From assembly GCA_023461075.1 (NCBI GenBank), contig JAEWNY010000028.1:40076-104075 (forward strand): DNA of 64,000 bases, in the 5' to 3' direction. The stretch is from Pseudomonadota bacterium (GTDB lineage: Bacteria > Pseudomonadota > Gammaproteobacteria > Xanthomonadales > Xanthomonadaceae). The notes below the pieces were generated by a model, which saw only the letters and a list, made by a program, of their open reading frames with translations, was not told the DNA's origin and did not search any database. Positions 26,513 to 39,397 of this stretch are shown here, piece after piece (the first letter of the stretch is position 1; each line of letters begins with the position of its first letter). The position numbers were made by a program, and so were the translations under genes.

Positions 26513-27340
26513 TCAGGCGGCTTCCGGGACGACGCGCCCGGACGCCTGCGTGCGCGTATCGACCAGTCGCAGGCGCGGCGGAATTTCCGCCAGTGTTTCG
26601 CCGCGATGCGAGAGCAGGCGCAGGGTGCCGTCGCGTTCCTCGGCCAGAGCGGTCAGCGATTCGACCCAGTCACCATCGTTGGCGTAGACCAGGCCATCGC
26701 GTTCTACGAGTCCCGCGCGATGGATGTGCCCGCAGATGATGCCGTCCAGGCCGCGTCGGCGCGCGTCGTCGAACCCGGCCTGGACGAATCGCTGGATGAA
26801 ACGCTCGGCCGCGGCGCTCCGGCGCTTGAGGAATTCCGACAGCGACCAGTAGCGCAGGCCCAGTTTGCGGCGCAGCCAGTTGGCGCGCTGGTTCCAGGTG
26901 AGGATGCGGTAATACAGCCAGTCGCCGAATTTTTCCTGCAAGCCGCCGAAGTGGGTGATGCTGTCGTAGTCGTCGCCGTGCACGACCAGCAGGCGACGAC
27001 CATCGGCGGTGACGTGGATCGCGCGACGGCGCACCTGCATCGCAGGCAGCATCAGGCCGCAGAAGCGACGTGCGGGGCGGTCATGGTTGCCCGGCACGTA
27101 GATGATCTCGGTGCCGTCGCGCCGCAGTGCATGCAGCGCCTCGATCACCGCGTTGTGCTCGGAGCGCCAGTGCGCGCGCCGCTGCGCCATCCACCAAAGG
27201 TCGATGATGTCGCCGACCAGATACAGGCGATCGCAGCGCACATCGCGCAGGAAGCCGGCTAATTCCGCCGCATGGCAATGGCGCGAGCCCAGGTGCACAT
27301 CGGAGATGAAGAGCGCGCGGCGTCGATCGCCGTGGCTCAT
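26513..27340 (-). CDS. PlcP/LpxH2-type metallophosphoesterase (often annotated UDP-2,3-diacylglucosamine diphosphatase)
   Basis: FISDVHLG, YLVGDIID, GNHD, HGD, CGHIH, NDGDWVES; ATGA overlap with upstream gene. Confidence 0.85.
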   Translation of the reverse strand: MSHGDRRRALFISDVHLGSRHCHAAELAGFLRDVRCDRLYLVGDIIDLWWMAQRRAHWRSEHNAVIEALHALRRDGTEIIYVPGNHDRPARRFCGLMLPAMQVRRRAIHVTADGRRLLVVHGDDYDSITHFGGLQEKFGDWLYYRILTWNQRANWLRRKLGLRYWSLSEFLKRRSAAAERFIQRFVQAGFDDARRRGLDGIICGHIHRAGLVERDGLVYANDGDWVESLTALAEERDGTLRLLSHRGETLAEIPPRLRLVDTRTQASGRVVPEAA

Positions 27341-29040
27341 GCCCTCGCCTCCTTCGTGCCCAGGTAACGTTCGCGCTTGGCCGGTCGCATTGCGTGGAGA
27401 TCGACTTCGATCAGGCCGTCGATCGCATGGTTGAAGTCGGGATCGACGCCGAACGCGAGGAACCTCGCGCCGCCGGGTTCGCACAATTCGGTGTATTGCT
27501 TGTAGAGCGTCGGCACGCGACTGCCGAGTGCGTCCAGGTTCTGCCGCAGCACCTTGAACGCCATCTCCGCATCGAGCGGGCCGAAGTCCGGCGGCGCGTC
27601 GAAATAGGCGAAAGGTCGAAGCGACTTCGCCAGGCCATCACCGGCCCCGAAATAGCGCGTGTAGTAGGCCACCAGCGCATCGCGCGCGGCGGTGGGCAGC
27701 GCGGCGCTGATCGACACCGGCCCGAACAGGTAGCGGATGTCCGGATGCACGCTCAAGTAGGCACCGATGCCCTGCCACAGGTAATCGAGGCTGCGGCTGT
27801 TCCAGTAGTCCGGCACCACGAAGCTGCGACCCAGTTCCATGCCGGCGGCGATGCGTGGCACCGCGGCTTCGCTGTAGTGGAACAGCGAGGCGGTGTAGAA
27901 CCCGGGCAGGCCGCGCTCGGCCAGCACCTGTGCGCCGCGCGCAACCCGATACGCACCGGCGATGCGCGACGCGGCCGCATCCCACAACACGATGTGCTCG
28001 TAACCGGCATCGTAGTCGTCGATGTCGCGCGCAAGGCCGCTGCCTTCGCCGACCGCGCGGAAGGTGAGCTCGCGCAGGCGGCCGATCTCGCGCATCAACG
28101 GCGCGTCGATGGCCAGGCGCCCCGTGCGGATTTCCTTGCCATCGGCGGTGCGGCCCAGCATCTGCATGCCGGCGATGCCGGCTTCGACGAACGCCTGCAC
28201 CTCGGCCGCGGCCACCGGCTCGGGGCTTTCTGCACGCGCCAGCGCCTTGCCATCCAATCGATACAGCGCCGCGCGCATATCGCGCAGCACCCGGCGCAGG
28301 TCGGCATCGCGCGGGATGCGGGTCGGCACGCCGACTTCCAGGCCGATCCGGCGACGTCCGCGCGCGAACATCTCGCGCGCCAGCAATGCGGTTCCGGCCG
28401 GCTTGAACACCGCCGACGCGCCATAGAACAGCGCCGAATTGCGCGCACGCACGCGGATCGGCAAGACCGGCGCATCCGCCGCGCGGGCGAAACGCAGGAA
28501 GCCGGAACGCCAGCGCCCATCGCGCACGCCCTTGGGCGAGAGCCGCGAGACTTCCCCGGCCGGGAACACGATCACGCATTCCCCACGCTTCAATGCGTCC
28601 TCGATCGCGCGCACCGATTCCGGACTCGCGCGCCCGCCGAGCACGCGCACCGGCAGCAGCAGGCCGGCGATCGGAGTGATCGCCGAGAGGAAGTCGTTGG
28701 CGACGATGCGGACATCGCGGCGCACCCGGCCGATCGCATCGAGCAGCGCGAATGCATCCAGCGCGCCGGAAGGATGGTTGGCGATGATCAGCAGCCGGCC
28801 CTGCGCGGGGATGCGCGCCAGCGAAGCCTCATCGATGGCATAACTGGCCTGCAGGTAGGCCAGGCCGGCGCGCACGAATTCGAAGCCGTCGAGCATCGCG
28901 TTGGCGCGCAGGAAACCCTCGACCCGGTCCAGCCGGGAGAGTCGCTCCGCGCCACGCAGCAGGGGCCGCGCGATGCGCGCGCGGCGGCCGCGGAACCAGT
29001 GCGGGAAGCGCTGTTGCAGGCGGTCTTCGAGCTGGAGCAT
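27337..29040 (-). CDS. Bifunctional acyltransferase (LPLAT plus GNAT), OlsF-like amino-lipid synthase
   Basis: N-terminal ANHPSGALD and [10 protein letters not shown]-terminal [36 protein letters not shown]. Confidence 0.85.
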   Translation of the reverse strand: MLQLEDRLQQRFPHWFRGRRARIARPLLRGAERLSRLDRVEGFLRANAMLDGFEFVRAGLAYLQASYAIDEASLARIPAQGRLLIIANHPSGALDAFALLDAIGRVRRDVRIVANDFLSAITPIAGLLLPVRVLGGRASPESVRAIEDALKRGECVIVFPAGEVSRLSPKGVRDGRWRSGFLRFARAADAPVLPIRVRARNSALFYGASAVFKPAGTALLAREMFARGRRRIGLEVGVPTRIPRDADLRRVLRDMRAALYRLDGKALARAESPEPVAAAEVQAFVEAGIAGMQMLGRTADGKEIRTGRLAIDAPLMREIGRLRELTFRAVGEGSGLARDIDDYDAGYEHIVLWDAAASRIAGAYRVARGAQVLAERGLPGFYTASLFHYSEAAVPRIAAGMELGRSFVVPDYWNSRSLDYLWQGIGAYLSVHPDIRYLFGPVSISAALPTAARDALVAYYTRYFGAGDGLAKSLRPFAYFDAPPDFGPLDAEMAFKVLRQNLDALGSRVPTLYKQYTELCEPGGARFLAFGVDPDFNHAIDGLIEVDLHAMRPAKRERYLGTKEARA

Positions 29041-29067
29041 GCGCAGGTGGCGGTGCGGGTTCGCGCA

Positions 29068-29123
29068 AGCGTGTGCGGTTTGCGCGACAGTGCGGTTGCA
29101 CCGCGGTTGCAGGCCGGTGACAC
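29068..29123 (-). promoter_or_regulatory. Putative Pho-box array (four heptamers at 11-bp period) with -10
   Basis: Minus strand GTGTCAC-cggc-CTGCAAC-cgcg-GTGCAAC-cgca-CTGTCGC, then 10 bp, then CACGCT. Confidence 0.6.
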
Positions 29124-29291
29124 GCGCGTCGAGGCCGGCACGGTGCCCCGGCCAGCGACATCACCCCTTCCATGCTCAGGGGAACGAGGGCGCGCCGGCC
29201 AATGATGGCAACGCCCGCTTAACCGGCTTGGGGCACACTGGTTCGGCCCTGCACGCACCGCCCGCGCCGTGTATCATGCGCGACCATCTTT

Positions 29292-29312
29292 TCATCCGAA
29301 TCAAAGGATATA
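29292..29312 (+). promoter_or_regulatory. Operator upstream of metK (SahR/SamR-type candidate)
   Basis: TCATCC-GAATCAAA-GGATATA overlapping the RBS, downstream of -10 TATCAT (29272); similar copy before ahcY. Confidence 0.6.
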
Positions 29313-29317
29313 AGTCG

Positions 29318-30553
29318 ATGTCGACCTACCTCTTCACCTCCGAATCGGTGTCCGAAGGCCACCCCGACAAGATCGCCGATCAGGTTTCCGATGCCGTCCT
29401 CGATGCGATCCTGGCCCAGGACAAGCGCGCGCGCGTGGCCTGCGAAACCTTGGTCAAGACCGGCGCGGCGATCGTGGCCGGCGAAGTGACCACCAGCGCC
29501 TGGGTGGACATCGAGGGCCTGGCCCGAAAGGTGATCAACGACATCGGCTACGACAATTCGGACGTCGGCTTCGATGGCCACACCTGCGCCATCATCAACA
29601 TGCTCGGCAAGCAGTCGCCGGACATCGCCGCCGGCGTCGATGGCACCGACAAGAAGGCCAAGAAGCCGGAGGAAATGGGCGCCGGCGACCAGGGCCTGAT
29701 GTTCGGCTACGCCTGCAACGAGGCGCCGGAATTCATGCCCGCCCCGCTCTACTACAGCCATCGCCTGGTCGAGCAGCAGGCCAAGCTGCGCAAGAACGGC
29801 AAGCTCAAGTGGCTGCGCCCGGATGCGAAGAGCCAGGTCACCCTGCGCTACAACGACATCGGCAATTCGATCGAGGGCATCGACGCGGTGGTGCTCTCCA
29901 CCCAGCACGATCCCGACATCAAGCAGAAGGACCTGATCGAGGCGGTCCGCGAGCACATCATCAAGCCGGTGCTGCCGAAGAAGTGGTACGACTCGCTGCC
30001 GAAGAACAAGGTGCACATCAATCCGACCGGGATCTTCGTGATCGGCGGCCCGGTCGGCGATTGCGGCCTGACCGGCCGCAAGATCATCGTCGACACCTAC
30101 GGCGGCATGGCCCGCCACGGCGGCGGCGCGTTCTCCGGCAAGGACCCGTCGAAGGTCGACCGCTCGGCCGCCTACGCCGCGCGCTACGTGGCGAAGAACA
30201 TCGTCGCGGCAGGCCTCGCCGACAAGTGCGAGGTGCAGGTGAGCTACGCGATCGGCGTGGCCGAGCCGACCTCGATCTCGGTGACCACCTTCGGCACCGG
30301 CAAGATCGCCGACGACCAGATCGAGAAGCTGATCCGCGCGCACTTCGACCTGCGCCCGTACGGCATCATCAAGATGCTCGACCTGATCCACCCGATCTAC
30401 CAGCCGACCGCCGCCTACGGCCACTTCGGCCGCAAGCCCTACGAGCTCAGCTACACCGACGAGAAGGGCAAGAAGCAGAAAGCGACTGCCTTCTCCTGGG
30501 AGAAGACCGACAAGGCCGAGGAACTGCGCAAGGCGGCGAAGCTGAAGAAGTAA
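29318..30553 (+). CDS. metK: S-adenosylmethionine synthetase
   Basis: [35 protein letters not shown]. Confidence 0.98.
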   Translation: MSTYLFTSESVSEGHPDKIADQVSDAVLDAILAQDKRARVACETLVKTGAAIVAGEVTTSAWVDIEGLARKVINDIGYDNSDVGFDGHTCAIINMLGKQSPDIAAGVDGTDKKAKKPEEMGAGDQGLMFGYACNEAPEFMPAPLYYSHRLVEQQAKLRKNGKLKWLRPDAKSQVTLRYNDIGNSIEGIDAVVLSTQHDPDIKQKDLIEAVREHIIKPVLPKKWYDSLPKNKVHINPTGIFVIGGPVGDCGLTGRKIIVDTYGGMARHGGGAFSGKDPSKVDRSAAYAARYVAKNIVAAGLADKCEVQVSYAIGVAEPTSISVTTFGTGKIADDQIEKLIRAHFDLRPYGIIKMLDLIHPIYQPTAAYGHFGRKPYELSYTDEKGKKQKATAFSWEKTDKAEELRKAAKLKK

Positions 30554-30576
30554 GCCGACCTGCCATCCGGCAACAG

Positions 30577-30609
30577 GAAAAGGCCCGCGGGATGCGGGCC
30601 TTTTCTTTT
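30577..30609. terminator. Bidirectional terminator between metK and the S9 peptidase
   Basis: GAAAAGGCCCGC-GGGAT-GCGGGCCTTTTCTTTT. Confidence 0.85.
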
Positions 30610-30628
30610 CGCAGGCGAGGCGTTTGGC

Positions 30629-33085
<2,457 letters not shown>

Positions 33086-33179
33086 CGATCATCCCCAACC
33101 GGAACTGGATGTCGAGGATGACATGGCCCCACGCGATGCGGACGGCCCGGAAGTCATGCCCGCCTCCTCATTCATCCCT

Positions 33180-33202
33180 CCATCCGCAACAAGCGATATA
33201 CT
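33180..33202 (+). promoter_or_regulatory. Operator overlapping the -10 (TATACT) of ahcY
   Basis: CCATCC-GCAACAAG-CGATATA, same pattern as the metK site. Confidence 0.6.
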
Positions 33203-33206
33203 TTGC

Positions 33207-33280
33207 GGACCGAGGGGCGCTGCGATGGCCGGAATGGGGTTCCTTCCGCCACCAGGCTCGGTACCGACAACGGCGCCCGT
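33207..33280 (+). ncRNA. SAH riboswitch
   Basis: CCGAGGGGCGCTGCGA...CCAGGCTCGG...AACGGCGCCC; CCGAG (33210) pairs with CTCGG (33257); pseudoknot GGGCGC (33215) with GCGCCC (33273); upstream of ahcY. Confidence 0.92.
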
Positions 33281-33310
33281 GACTGATCCCTCATTCACGG
33301 AACAATCGCC

Positions 33311-34753
33311 ATGAACGCGCAACCGAAGACCTTCAGCACCGAAGGCGACTACAAGATCGCCGACATTTCCCTGGCCGATTGGGGCCGCAAGGAAATCGAC
33401 ATCGCCGAGCACGAGATGCCCGGCCTGATGTCGATCCGCCGCAAGTACGCACCCGAGGCCCCGCTCAAGGGCGTGCGCGTGACCGGCTCGCTGCACATGA
33501 CCATCCAGACCGCAGTGCTGATCGAGACGCTGAAGGACATCGGTGCCGACGTGCGCTGGGCTTCGTGCAACATCTTCTCGACCCAGGACCACGCCGCCGC
33601 CGCGATCGCCGCGACCGGCACGCCGGTGTTCGCCTGGAAGGGCGAGACGCTGGAGGAGTACTGGGACTGCACGCTCGATGCGCTGACCTTCACCCTCCCC
33701 GACGGCACCCTGACCGGCCCGGAGCTGGTGGTCGATGACGGCGGCGATGTCACCCTGTTGATCCACAAGGGCCTGGAGCTTGAACAGGGTTCGAAGTGGG
33801 CCGACGAACCCGGCGCCAACCACGAGGAGCAGGTGATCAAGAACCTGCTCAAGCGCGTGGCCAAGGAGCGCCCGGGTTACTGGGCGCGCGTGGTCGCCGA
33901 CTGGAAGGGCGTGTCGGAGGAAACCACCACCGGCGTGCACCGCCTCTACCAGCTGGCGCAGGACGGCAAGTTGCTGGTGCCGGCGATCAACGTCAACGAC
34001 TCGGTGACCAAGTCCAAGTTCGACAACCTGTACGGTTGCCGCGAATCGCTGGCCGATGGCCTGAAGCGCGCGATGGACGTGATGCTGGCCGGCAAGGTGG
34101 CCGTGGTCTGCGGTTATGGCGATGTCGGCAAGGGCTCGGCGCACTCGCTGCGCGCCTATGGGGCACGCGTGGTGGTCACCGAGATCGACCCGATCTGCGC
34201 CCTGCAGGCGGCGATGGAAGGTTTCGAGGTCAACACCGTCGAGGAAACGCTGGGCTGGGGCGACATCTACGTCACCACCACCGGCAACAAGGACGTCATC
34301 ACCCTCGATCACATGAAGGCGATGAAGGACCAGGCGATCGTCTGCAACATCGGCCACTTCGACAACGAGATCCAGGTCGACGCGCTGTACGAGAGCGGCG
34401 CCACCCGCACCACCATCAAGCCGCAGGTCGACAAGTTCACCTTCGGCGATGGCAACGCGATCTTCCTGCTGGCCGAAGGCCGGCTGGTGAACCTCGGCTG
34501 CGCCACCGGCCACCCGAGCTTCGTGATGTCCAACTCGTTCTCCAACCAGACGCTCGCGCAGATCGACCTGTGGGCGAACAAGGACGGCTACGAGAACAAG
34601 GTCTACATCCTGCCGAAGAAGCTGGACGAGGAAGTCGCGCGCCTGCATCTGGAGAAGATCGGCGTGAAGCTGACCGAACTGACCAGCGAACAGGCCGCCT
34701 ACCTCGGCGTCGACAAGGCCGGGCCGTACAAGCCCGAGCACTACCGCTACTGA
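33311..34753 (+). CDS. ahcY: Adenosylhomocysteinase
   Basis: [54 protein letters not shown]. Confidence 0.98.
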   Translation: MNAQPKTFSTEGDYKIADISLADWGRKEIDIAEHEMPGLMSIRRKYAPEAPLKGVRVTGSLHMTIQTAVLIETLKDIGADVRWASCNIFSTQDHAAAAIAATGTPVFAWKGETLEEYWDCTLDALTFTLPDGTLTGPELVVDDGGDVTLLIHKGLELEQGSKWADEPGANHEEQVIKNLLKRVAKERPGYWARVVADWKGVSEETTTGVHRLYQLAQDGKLLVPAINVNDSVTKSKFDNLYGCRESLADGLKRAMDVMLAGKVAVVCGYGDVGKGSAHSLRAYGARVVVTEIDPICALQAAMEGFEVNTVEETLGWGDIYVTTTGNKDVITLDHMKAMKDQAIVCNIGHFDNEIQVDALYESGATRTTIKPQVDKFTFGDGNAIFLLAEGRLVNLGCATGHPSFVMSNSFSNQTLAQIDLWANKDGYENKVYILPKKLDEEVARLHLEKIGVKLTELTSEQAAYLGVDKAGPYKPEHYRY

Positions 34754-34760
34754 CGTGCAC

Positions 34761-34792
34761 AAGGCGGGCGGCTTCGGTCGCCCGCTTCGTTT
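34761..34792 (+). terminator. Hairpin between ahcY and metF (partial terminator or stabiliser)
   Basis: AAGGCGGGCGGC-TTCG-GTCGCCCGCTT then CGTTT. Confidence 0.5.
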
Positions 34793-34813
34793 GGCACCCT
34801 GCAGGATCGACAG

Positions 34814-35644
34814 ATGGCACGCGTCCCCGTTTCATTCGAATTCTTCCCGCCCAAGACCGACGAGCAGCGCGCACAACTGGACCGCACCGCGGCCAGGCTG
34901 AGGAAACATGCGCCCGACTATGTCTCCTGCACGTTCGGCGCCGGCGGCTCAACGCTTTCGTACACCGCCGAAACGGTGCGCCATTTGTCCGCGCAACACG
35001 GCCTGCCGGCGGTGCCACATATTTCCTGCGTGGGTTGCACCCGCACCGAACTCAAGGACATGCTCGCTCACTATCGCGACATCGGCTGCACCAAGGTGGT
35101 GGCGCTGCGCGGCGATCTGCCTTCGGGCATGGGCCATGCCGGCGAACTCGGCTACGCCGCCGACCTGATCCGCCTGATCCGCGAGGAGCACGGCGAGCAT
35201 TTCCGCATTGCGGTGGGCGCCTATCCGGAGACGCATCCGCAGGCTGATGATGCCTTGGCCGACCTGCGCAATTTCAAGGCCAAGGTCGATGCCGGTGCGG
35301 ACGTCGCGATCACCCAGTATTTCTACAATTCCGATGCCTACTTCCGCTTCGTCGACGACGTACGCGCGCTCGGCGTCGACATCCCGATCGTCCCGGGGAT
35401 CATGCCGATCGCCAACTTCACCCAGCTCAAGCGCTTCTCCGCCACCTGCGGCGCGGAGATCCCGCGCTGGATCGTGCAGCGCATGCAGGCGCACGGTGAC
35501 GATGCCGAGTCGGTACGCGAGTTCGGCGCGGATATCGTGTCGCGGCTGTGCGAACGGCTGATCGAAGGCGGCGCGCCTTCACTCCACTTCTACACGCTCA
35601 ATCTCGCGAAACCCACCCTGAACGTCCTGGCCCGGATCGCCTGA
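34814..35644 (+). CDS. metF: 5,10-methylenetetrahydrofolate reductase
   Basis: SFEFFPPKT, ALRGD, AYPETH, ITQYFY, LHFYTLN. Confidence 0.96.
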   Translation: MARVPVSFEFFPPKTDEQRAQLDRTAARLRKHAPDYVSCTFGAGGSTLSYTAETVRHLSAQHGLPAVPHISCVGCTRTELKDMLAHYRDIGCTKVVALRGDLPSGMGHAGELGYAADLIRLIREEHGEHFRIAVGAYPETHPQADDALADLRNFKAKVDAGADVAITQYFYNSDAYFRFVDDVRALGVDIPIVPGIMPIANFTQLKRFSATCGAEIPRWIVQRMQAHGDDAESVREFGADIVSRLCERLIEGGAPSLHFYTLNLAKPTLNVLARIA

Positions 35645-35740
35645 GGTCAGGAAAAGTTCACGAAAACAAGCCGTTTTTGGACGATTCGTTGACGCACGCG
35701 CGCGGAGGATGAACCCATCCCCCGCAACGAGCGCAACGTC

Positions 35741-36352
35741 ATGAACGCCCTGCGTGCAACCCTCGCCACCGCCATCGCTGCCACCTGTCTGTTGACCCTG
35801 CCGTCCCTTGGCGGCATGGCCAGCGCCAATGCCAGCGTGCAGAAATGCATCGGCAAGAATGGCTCGGTGACCTATACCGATGGCGCCTGCAGTGCGGCGA
35901 GCTCCCCGGTTGCATTGCCGATGCATGTGGCCAAGGCGATCGCCCGGGAGGATGCGACCAGTCTTGAATATGACGCCGATGGCGCCGCCGGCGCGCCGAT
36001 CGGGCTCGGCCCGCGCAACGGCACGGCGGGCTGCGCGCGTTCGCCGCAGCAGTTGCAGGCCGATCTCGGCTATGCATTCGCCAGCCGCGATGTCAATCGC
36101 ATGTCCGAGAGCTACCACTGGTTGGGGCTGAATCACAAGGATGCCAAGGGCATCCTGTCCCGCCTCGAGAGCATGTCGCGCGATCGGGTGGCGAGCAGCA
36201 ATCTGATGCAGATCGGCCCGGCCAGCGCGTTCGCCACGCCCGTCGATGCGGAGGCTGCGCCCGTCGGCTACCTGCAGCTGGCCTTGGCCAACGGCTCGCC
36301 GGTGCAGATGCAGGTCACCGAGGTGCGCGGCTGCTATTTCGCGCGATTCTGA
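35741..36352 (+). CDS. Secreted DUF4124-like protein, paralog 1
   Basis: Signal peptide, VQKCIGKNGSVTYTDGAC, C-terminal DVNRMSESYHWLG. Confidence 0.8.
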   Translation: MNALRATLATAIAATCLLTLPSLGGMASANASVQKCIGKNGSVTYTDGACSAASSPVALPMHVAKAIAREDATSLEYDADGAAGAPIGLGPRNGTAGCARSPQQLQADLGYAFASRDVNRMSESYHWLGLNHKDAKGILSRLESMSRDRVASSNLMQIGPASAFATPVDAEAAPVGYLQLALANGSPVQMQVTEVRGCYFARF

Positions 36353-36405
36353 AACGCGGCACACGCGGTGCTTGCAAGGCGGGGCTTTGCCGCTAGATTG
36401 GCGGG

Positions 36406-36990
36406 GTGCGACGCATCGACCCCTTCCTCATCGCCCTTTCCTTGGCAAGCCTGGCCTTTCTCGCATGGCCGACACCGGGCGAGTCGCAGCAGAAGGTCCG
36501 GCGATGCACCGCAGCCGACGGCAGCACCATCCTCACCGACAAGCCCTGCGCTGCGATCGACGCGACCGATCGCATGCCTGACCTGCCGTCCGGCGGCATC
36601 TACGGACGCCCGCGTCGCGTCAGCTGCGCGCGCACGCTGGATGAGCTGAGTTACGAAGTCGCGTACGCGATCGACCTGCAGGATGCCAACCGCCTGGCTG
36701 GCGTCTACCACTGGGTCGGGATGGACAGCCGCAATGCCTACCGGGTGTTCAACCAGCTTGAGTCGATCGTCAAGCGTCCGCTGGTCGACATCGGGCCTGC
36801 GGGGGGCGGCATCGATGCCGAACCGCGCTGGGTCGAGGATGCCGAAGGCAACCTGGTGCCGATCTATCCCAAGCCGCGAGCGCCGACCGGGCTCCGGCTG
36901 GAGCAATCGACGCGACGCGACGGCACCACCACCAGCCGTACGGTGTTTGGCCTGCGCCGGCATTTCGGCTGCCTCTGGATCAGCTTGTAG
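36406..36990 (+). CDS. Secreted DUF4124-like protein, paralog 2
   Basis: Signal peptide, VRRCTAADGSTILTDKPC, DANRLAGVYHWVG; TTGCAA-N16-TAGATT ends 6 bp before the GTG. Confidence 0.8.
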   Translation: MRRIDPFLIALSLASLAFLAWPTPGESQQKVRRCTAADGSTILTDKPCAAIDATDRMPDLPSGGIYGRPRRVSCARTLDELSYEVAYAIDLQDANRLAGVYHWVGMDSRNAYRVFNQLESIVKRPLVDIGPAGGGIDAEPRWVEDAEGNLVPIYPKPRAPTGLRLEQSTRRDGTTTSRTVFGLRRHFGCLWISL

Positions 36991-37077
36991 CCGCGGGCCG
37001 CGTTACTTTGCCGCGCTGCGGTTTGCCCTGCCCGACTGCGGCGGGGGAAAATGCCGCGTTCAACATCGGAGCGCGCC

Positions 37078-37989
37078 ATGCAATATCCCGAATGGATCTG
37101 GCACAACGGGCAGATCAAGCCCTGGGCGGAAGCCACCACCCACGTCATGGCGCATGCGTTGCACTACGGCTCCTCGGTGTTCGAAGGCATCCGCAGCTAT
37201 GACACGCCGAAAGGCCCGGCCGTCTTCCGCCTGACCGACCACAACCGCCGCCTGTTCGCCTCCGCGCGCATCTACGACATGCCGATGCCGTACACGGTGA
37301 ACGAGATCAATGCCGCCTGTTTCGAGGTCTTGAAGAAGAACGCGCTTGGCGCCGCCTACCTGCGTCCGTTCGCATTCCGCGGCTTGGGCGGTTTCGGCCT
37401 GTCCGCCGATACGCCGACCGAGATGTCGGTGGCGGCCTGGAAGATGGGCCCCTACCTCGGCCCCGAGGCGCTGGAAAACGGCATCGATGCCTGCGTCTCC
37501 AGCTGGCAGCGATTCGCGCCCAACACGATTCCCGCCGGGGCCAAGGCCGGCGGCAACTACCTGTCCGGGCAACTGGTGGCGCGCGAAGCACGCCGGCTCG
37601 GCTTCGGTGAGGGCATCGCACTGGCTTCCACGGGACTGCTCAGCGAGGGTGCAGGCGAGAACCTATTCCTGGTCTTCAACGGCGAGTTGCACACCACGCC
37701 GGTCAGCGCGGCGCTGCTCAACGGCATCACCCGCAACACCATCATCAACCTGGCGCAGCAGGCCGGCATCAAGGTCGTCGAACGCGACTTGCCGCGCGAA
37801 TACCTGTACCTGTGCGATGAGTTGTTCATGTGCGGAACCGCCGCCGAAATCACCCCGATCCGTTCGGTAGACGGCCGCATCATCGGCGAAGGCGTCGCGG
37901 GCCCGCTGACACGCCAGCTGCAACAGCTGTTCTTCGGCCTGTTCGATGGCTCGACGCCGGATGAGCATGGCTGGCTGGAGTACGTTTGA
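37078..37989 (+). CDS. ilvE: Branched-chain amino acid aminotransferase
   Basis: HALHYGSSVFEG, AKAGGNY, EGAGENLF, GTAAEITP; GGAG RBS. Confidence 0.96.
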   Translation: MQYPEWIWHNGQIKPWAEATTHVMAHALHYGSSVFEGIRSYDTPKGPAVFRLTDHNRRLFASARIYDMPMPYTVNEINAACFEVLKKNALGAAYLRPFAFRGLGGFGLSADTPTEMSVAAWKMGPYLGPEALENGIDACVSSWQRFAPNTIPAGAKAGGNYLSGQLVAREARRLGFGEGIALASTGLLSEGAGENLFLVFNGELHTTPVSAALLNGITRNTIINLAQQAGIKVVERDLPREYLYLCDELFMCGTAAEITPIRSVDGRIIGEGVAGPLTRQLQQLFFGLFDGSTPDEHGWLEYV

Positions 37990-38011
37990 ACCGCCCGAAC
38001 CTGACCCCGGG

Positions 38012-38040
38012 ACGCCGCGCGCTTGCGCGGCGTTTTTTCT
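38012..38040 (+). terminator. ilvE terminator
   Basis: ACGCCGCGC-GCTT-GCGCGGCGT then TTTTTCT. Confidence 0.85.
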
Positions 38041-38056
38041 TCGTTGAATCGATCGG

Positions 38057-39397
38057 CTATTGAAAGGAAAGCGTGGCGATGACGCCGCGTTCCTCGCCCG
38101 GAACCACGCGCACGTTCCAGCCGTAGAGATCACAAAGCCGGCGCACGATCGACAGGCCGATGCCCCCGCCATGCGTGTGTTCGGCATGCGCGCCGCGATA
38201 GCCGCGCTCGAACAGCCGCGCGGCTTCCTCGGCGGTGAGACCGGGGCCGGAATCGATGACATCGACCGAATCATCGGCGAGTCGCACTACCACCTCGCCG
38301 CTGTCGGTGTACTTGACCGCATTGCCGATCAGGTTGCCCAGCGCGACGCTGATCGCCGCCTCCGGCGCATCCACCACCAGACCCGGCTCCCCTTCTAGGC
38401 GCAGCTCCAAGGGTTTCCCGCGTAACTGAAGGCGGTGCGCGTCCAGCAGGTGGTCAGCCACCTTGGCCACGTCGGTCGCGCCATGGCCCCGCTCGTTGCG
38501 CGAGAGCTGCAGCAGCGCGCTGGTGAGATCGGTGCCGTTTTCCTGCGCGCGCTGGATGCGCAACAGCCGCTGCCGGGTCTTCTCGTCCAGGTTGTCCTGC
38601 GACAGCAGCAGTTCGGTGGCGCTCCTGATCACCGCCAGCGGCGTGCGCAATTCATGGCTGACATCGGCGTTGAACTCGCGGTCGCGCTGGACGACATCGG
38701 TGAGCCGGTCTGAATAATCGTCGAGCGCCTTGGCCAGCTCACCCACTTCGTCATCGGCGAAGTTGGGCGCGAGCAGTTCGGGATCGGAACTGCTGCCGGC
38801 GCGACGCAGGCGACGTGCAAGATCGGTCACCGGGCTCATCACCTTGGAAGCCGACCACCAGCCCAGCAGCAGCGACAACACGCCGAACAGCAGCACCGCG
38901 AAGAACAACGCATTCTTGATGCGGGCCTCGGCGCGCACCGCCTGGCCGCTGTTGTAGGCCAGGAAGAACCACGCCTTCTCGGTCTTGCGCACCGCCAGCA
39001 TGTAGGGCGATGCGTTGCCGAACTCGTCGGTGCCGATCATGTTGTGAATGCCGTCGTCAAGCACCGCCCATTCCGGCCGATTCTCGCGGGCGGTATCCCA
39101 GGTGCCGGCCGGATAGACGAAGGCCTTCATCTGGTCGACTTCGACTTCCGGCGCGATGTTGGGATTGCCGGTTTCGTCGAACGTCTGGGCTGCGGCGGCG
39201 ATGTTGCGGTTGAGCGTGTCGGCCACCAGCTCGTTCTGCACATTGGTGCGCACGAACTCGGTGGCGAAGGCGAACAGCAGGGTCAGGCCGAGGCCCAGCA
39301 GGAAGAACGACCAGATGATGCGGCTGCGCAGCCGCCGCCGCTGCGGACGCCGGGCCTTGCGCGGTGCGGATGCGGCGTCGGGATTACTGGCTGTCAT
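38057..39397 (-). CDS. colS: Sensor histidine kinase (ColS-like)
   Basis: 2 TM, HAMP, ADVSHELRTPL, NLIGNAVKY, DSGPG, GGGIGL; overlaps the response regulator. Confidence 0.8.
   Translation of the reverse strand: MTASNPDAASAPRKARRPQRRRLRSRIIWSFFLLGLGLTLLFAFATEFVRTNVQNELVADTLNRNIAAAAQTFDETGNPNIAPEVEVDQMKAFVYPAGTWDTARENRPEWAVLDDGIHNMIGTDEFGNASPYMLAVRKTEKAWFFLAYNSGQAVRAEARIKNALFFAVLLFGVLSLLLGWWSASKVMSPVTDLARRLRRAGSSSDPELLAPNFADDEVGELAKALDDYSDRLTDVVQRDREFNADVSHELRTPLAVIRSATELLLSQDNLDEKTRQRLLRIQRAQENGTDLTSALLQLSRNERGHGATDVAKVADHLLDAHRLQLRGKPLELRLEGEPGLVVDAPEAAISVALGNLIGNAVKYTDSGEVVVRLADDSVDVIDSGPGLTAEEAARLFERGYRGAHAEHTHGGGIGLSIVRRLCDLYGWNVRVVPGEERGVIATLSFQ

Noticed and set aside
35657..35693. TTCAC/TGGAC/TTGAC repeats before DUF4124 paralog 1 as an OmpR-family box
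   Set aside because: Degenerate and irregularly spaced (21 and 11 bp); TTGACG may simply be a -35
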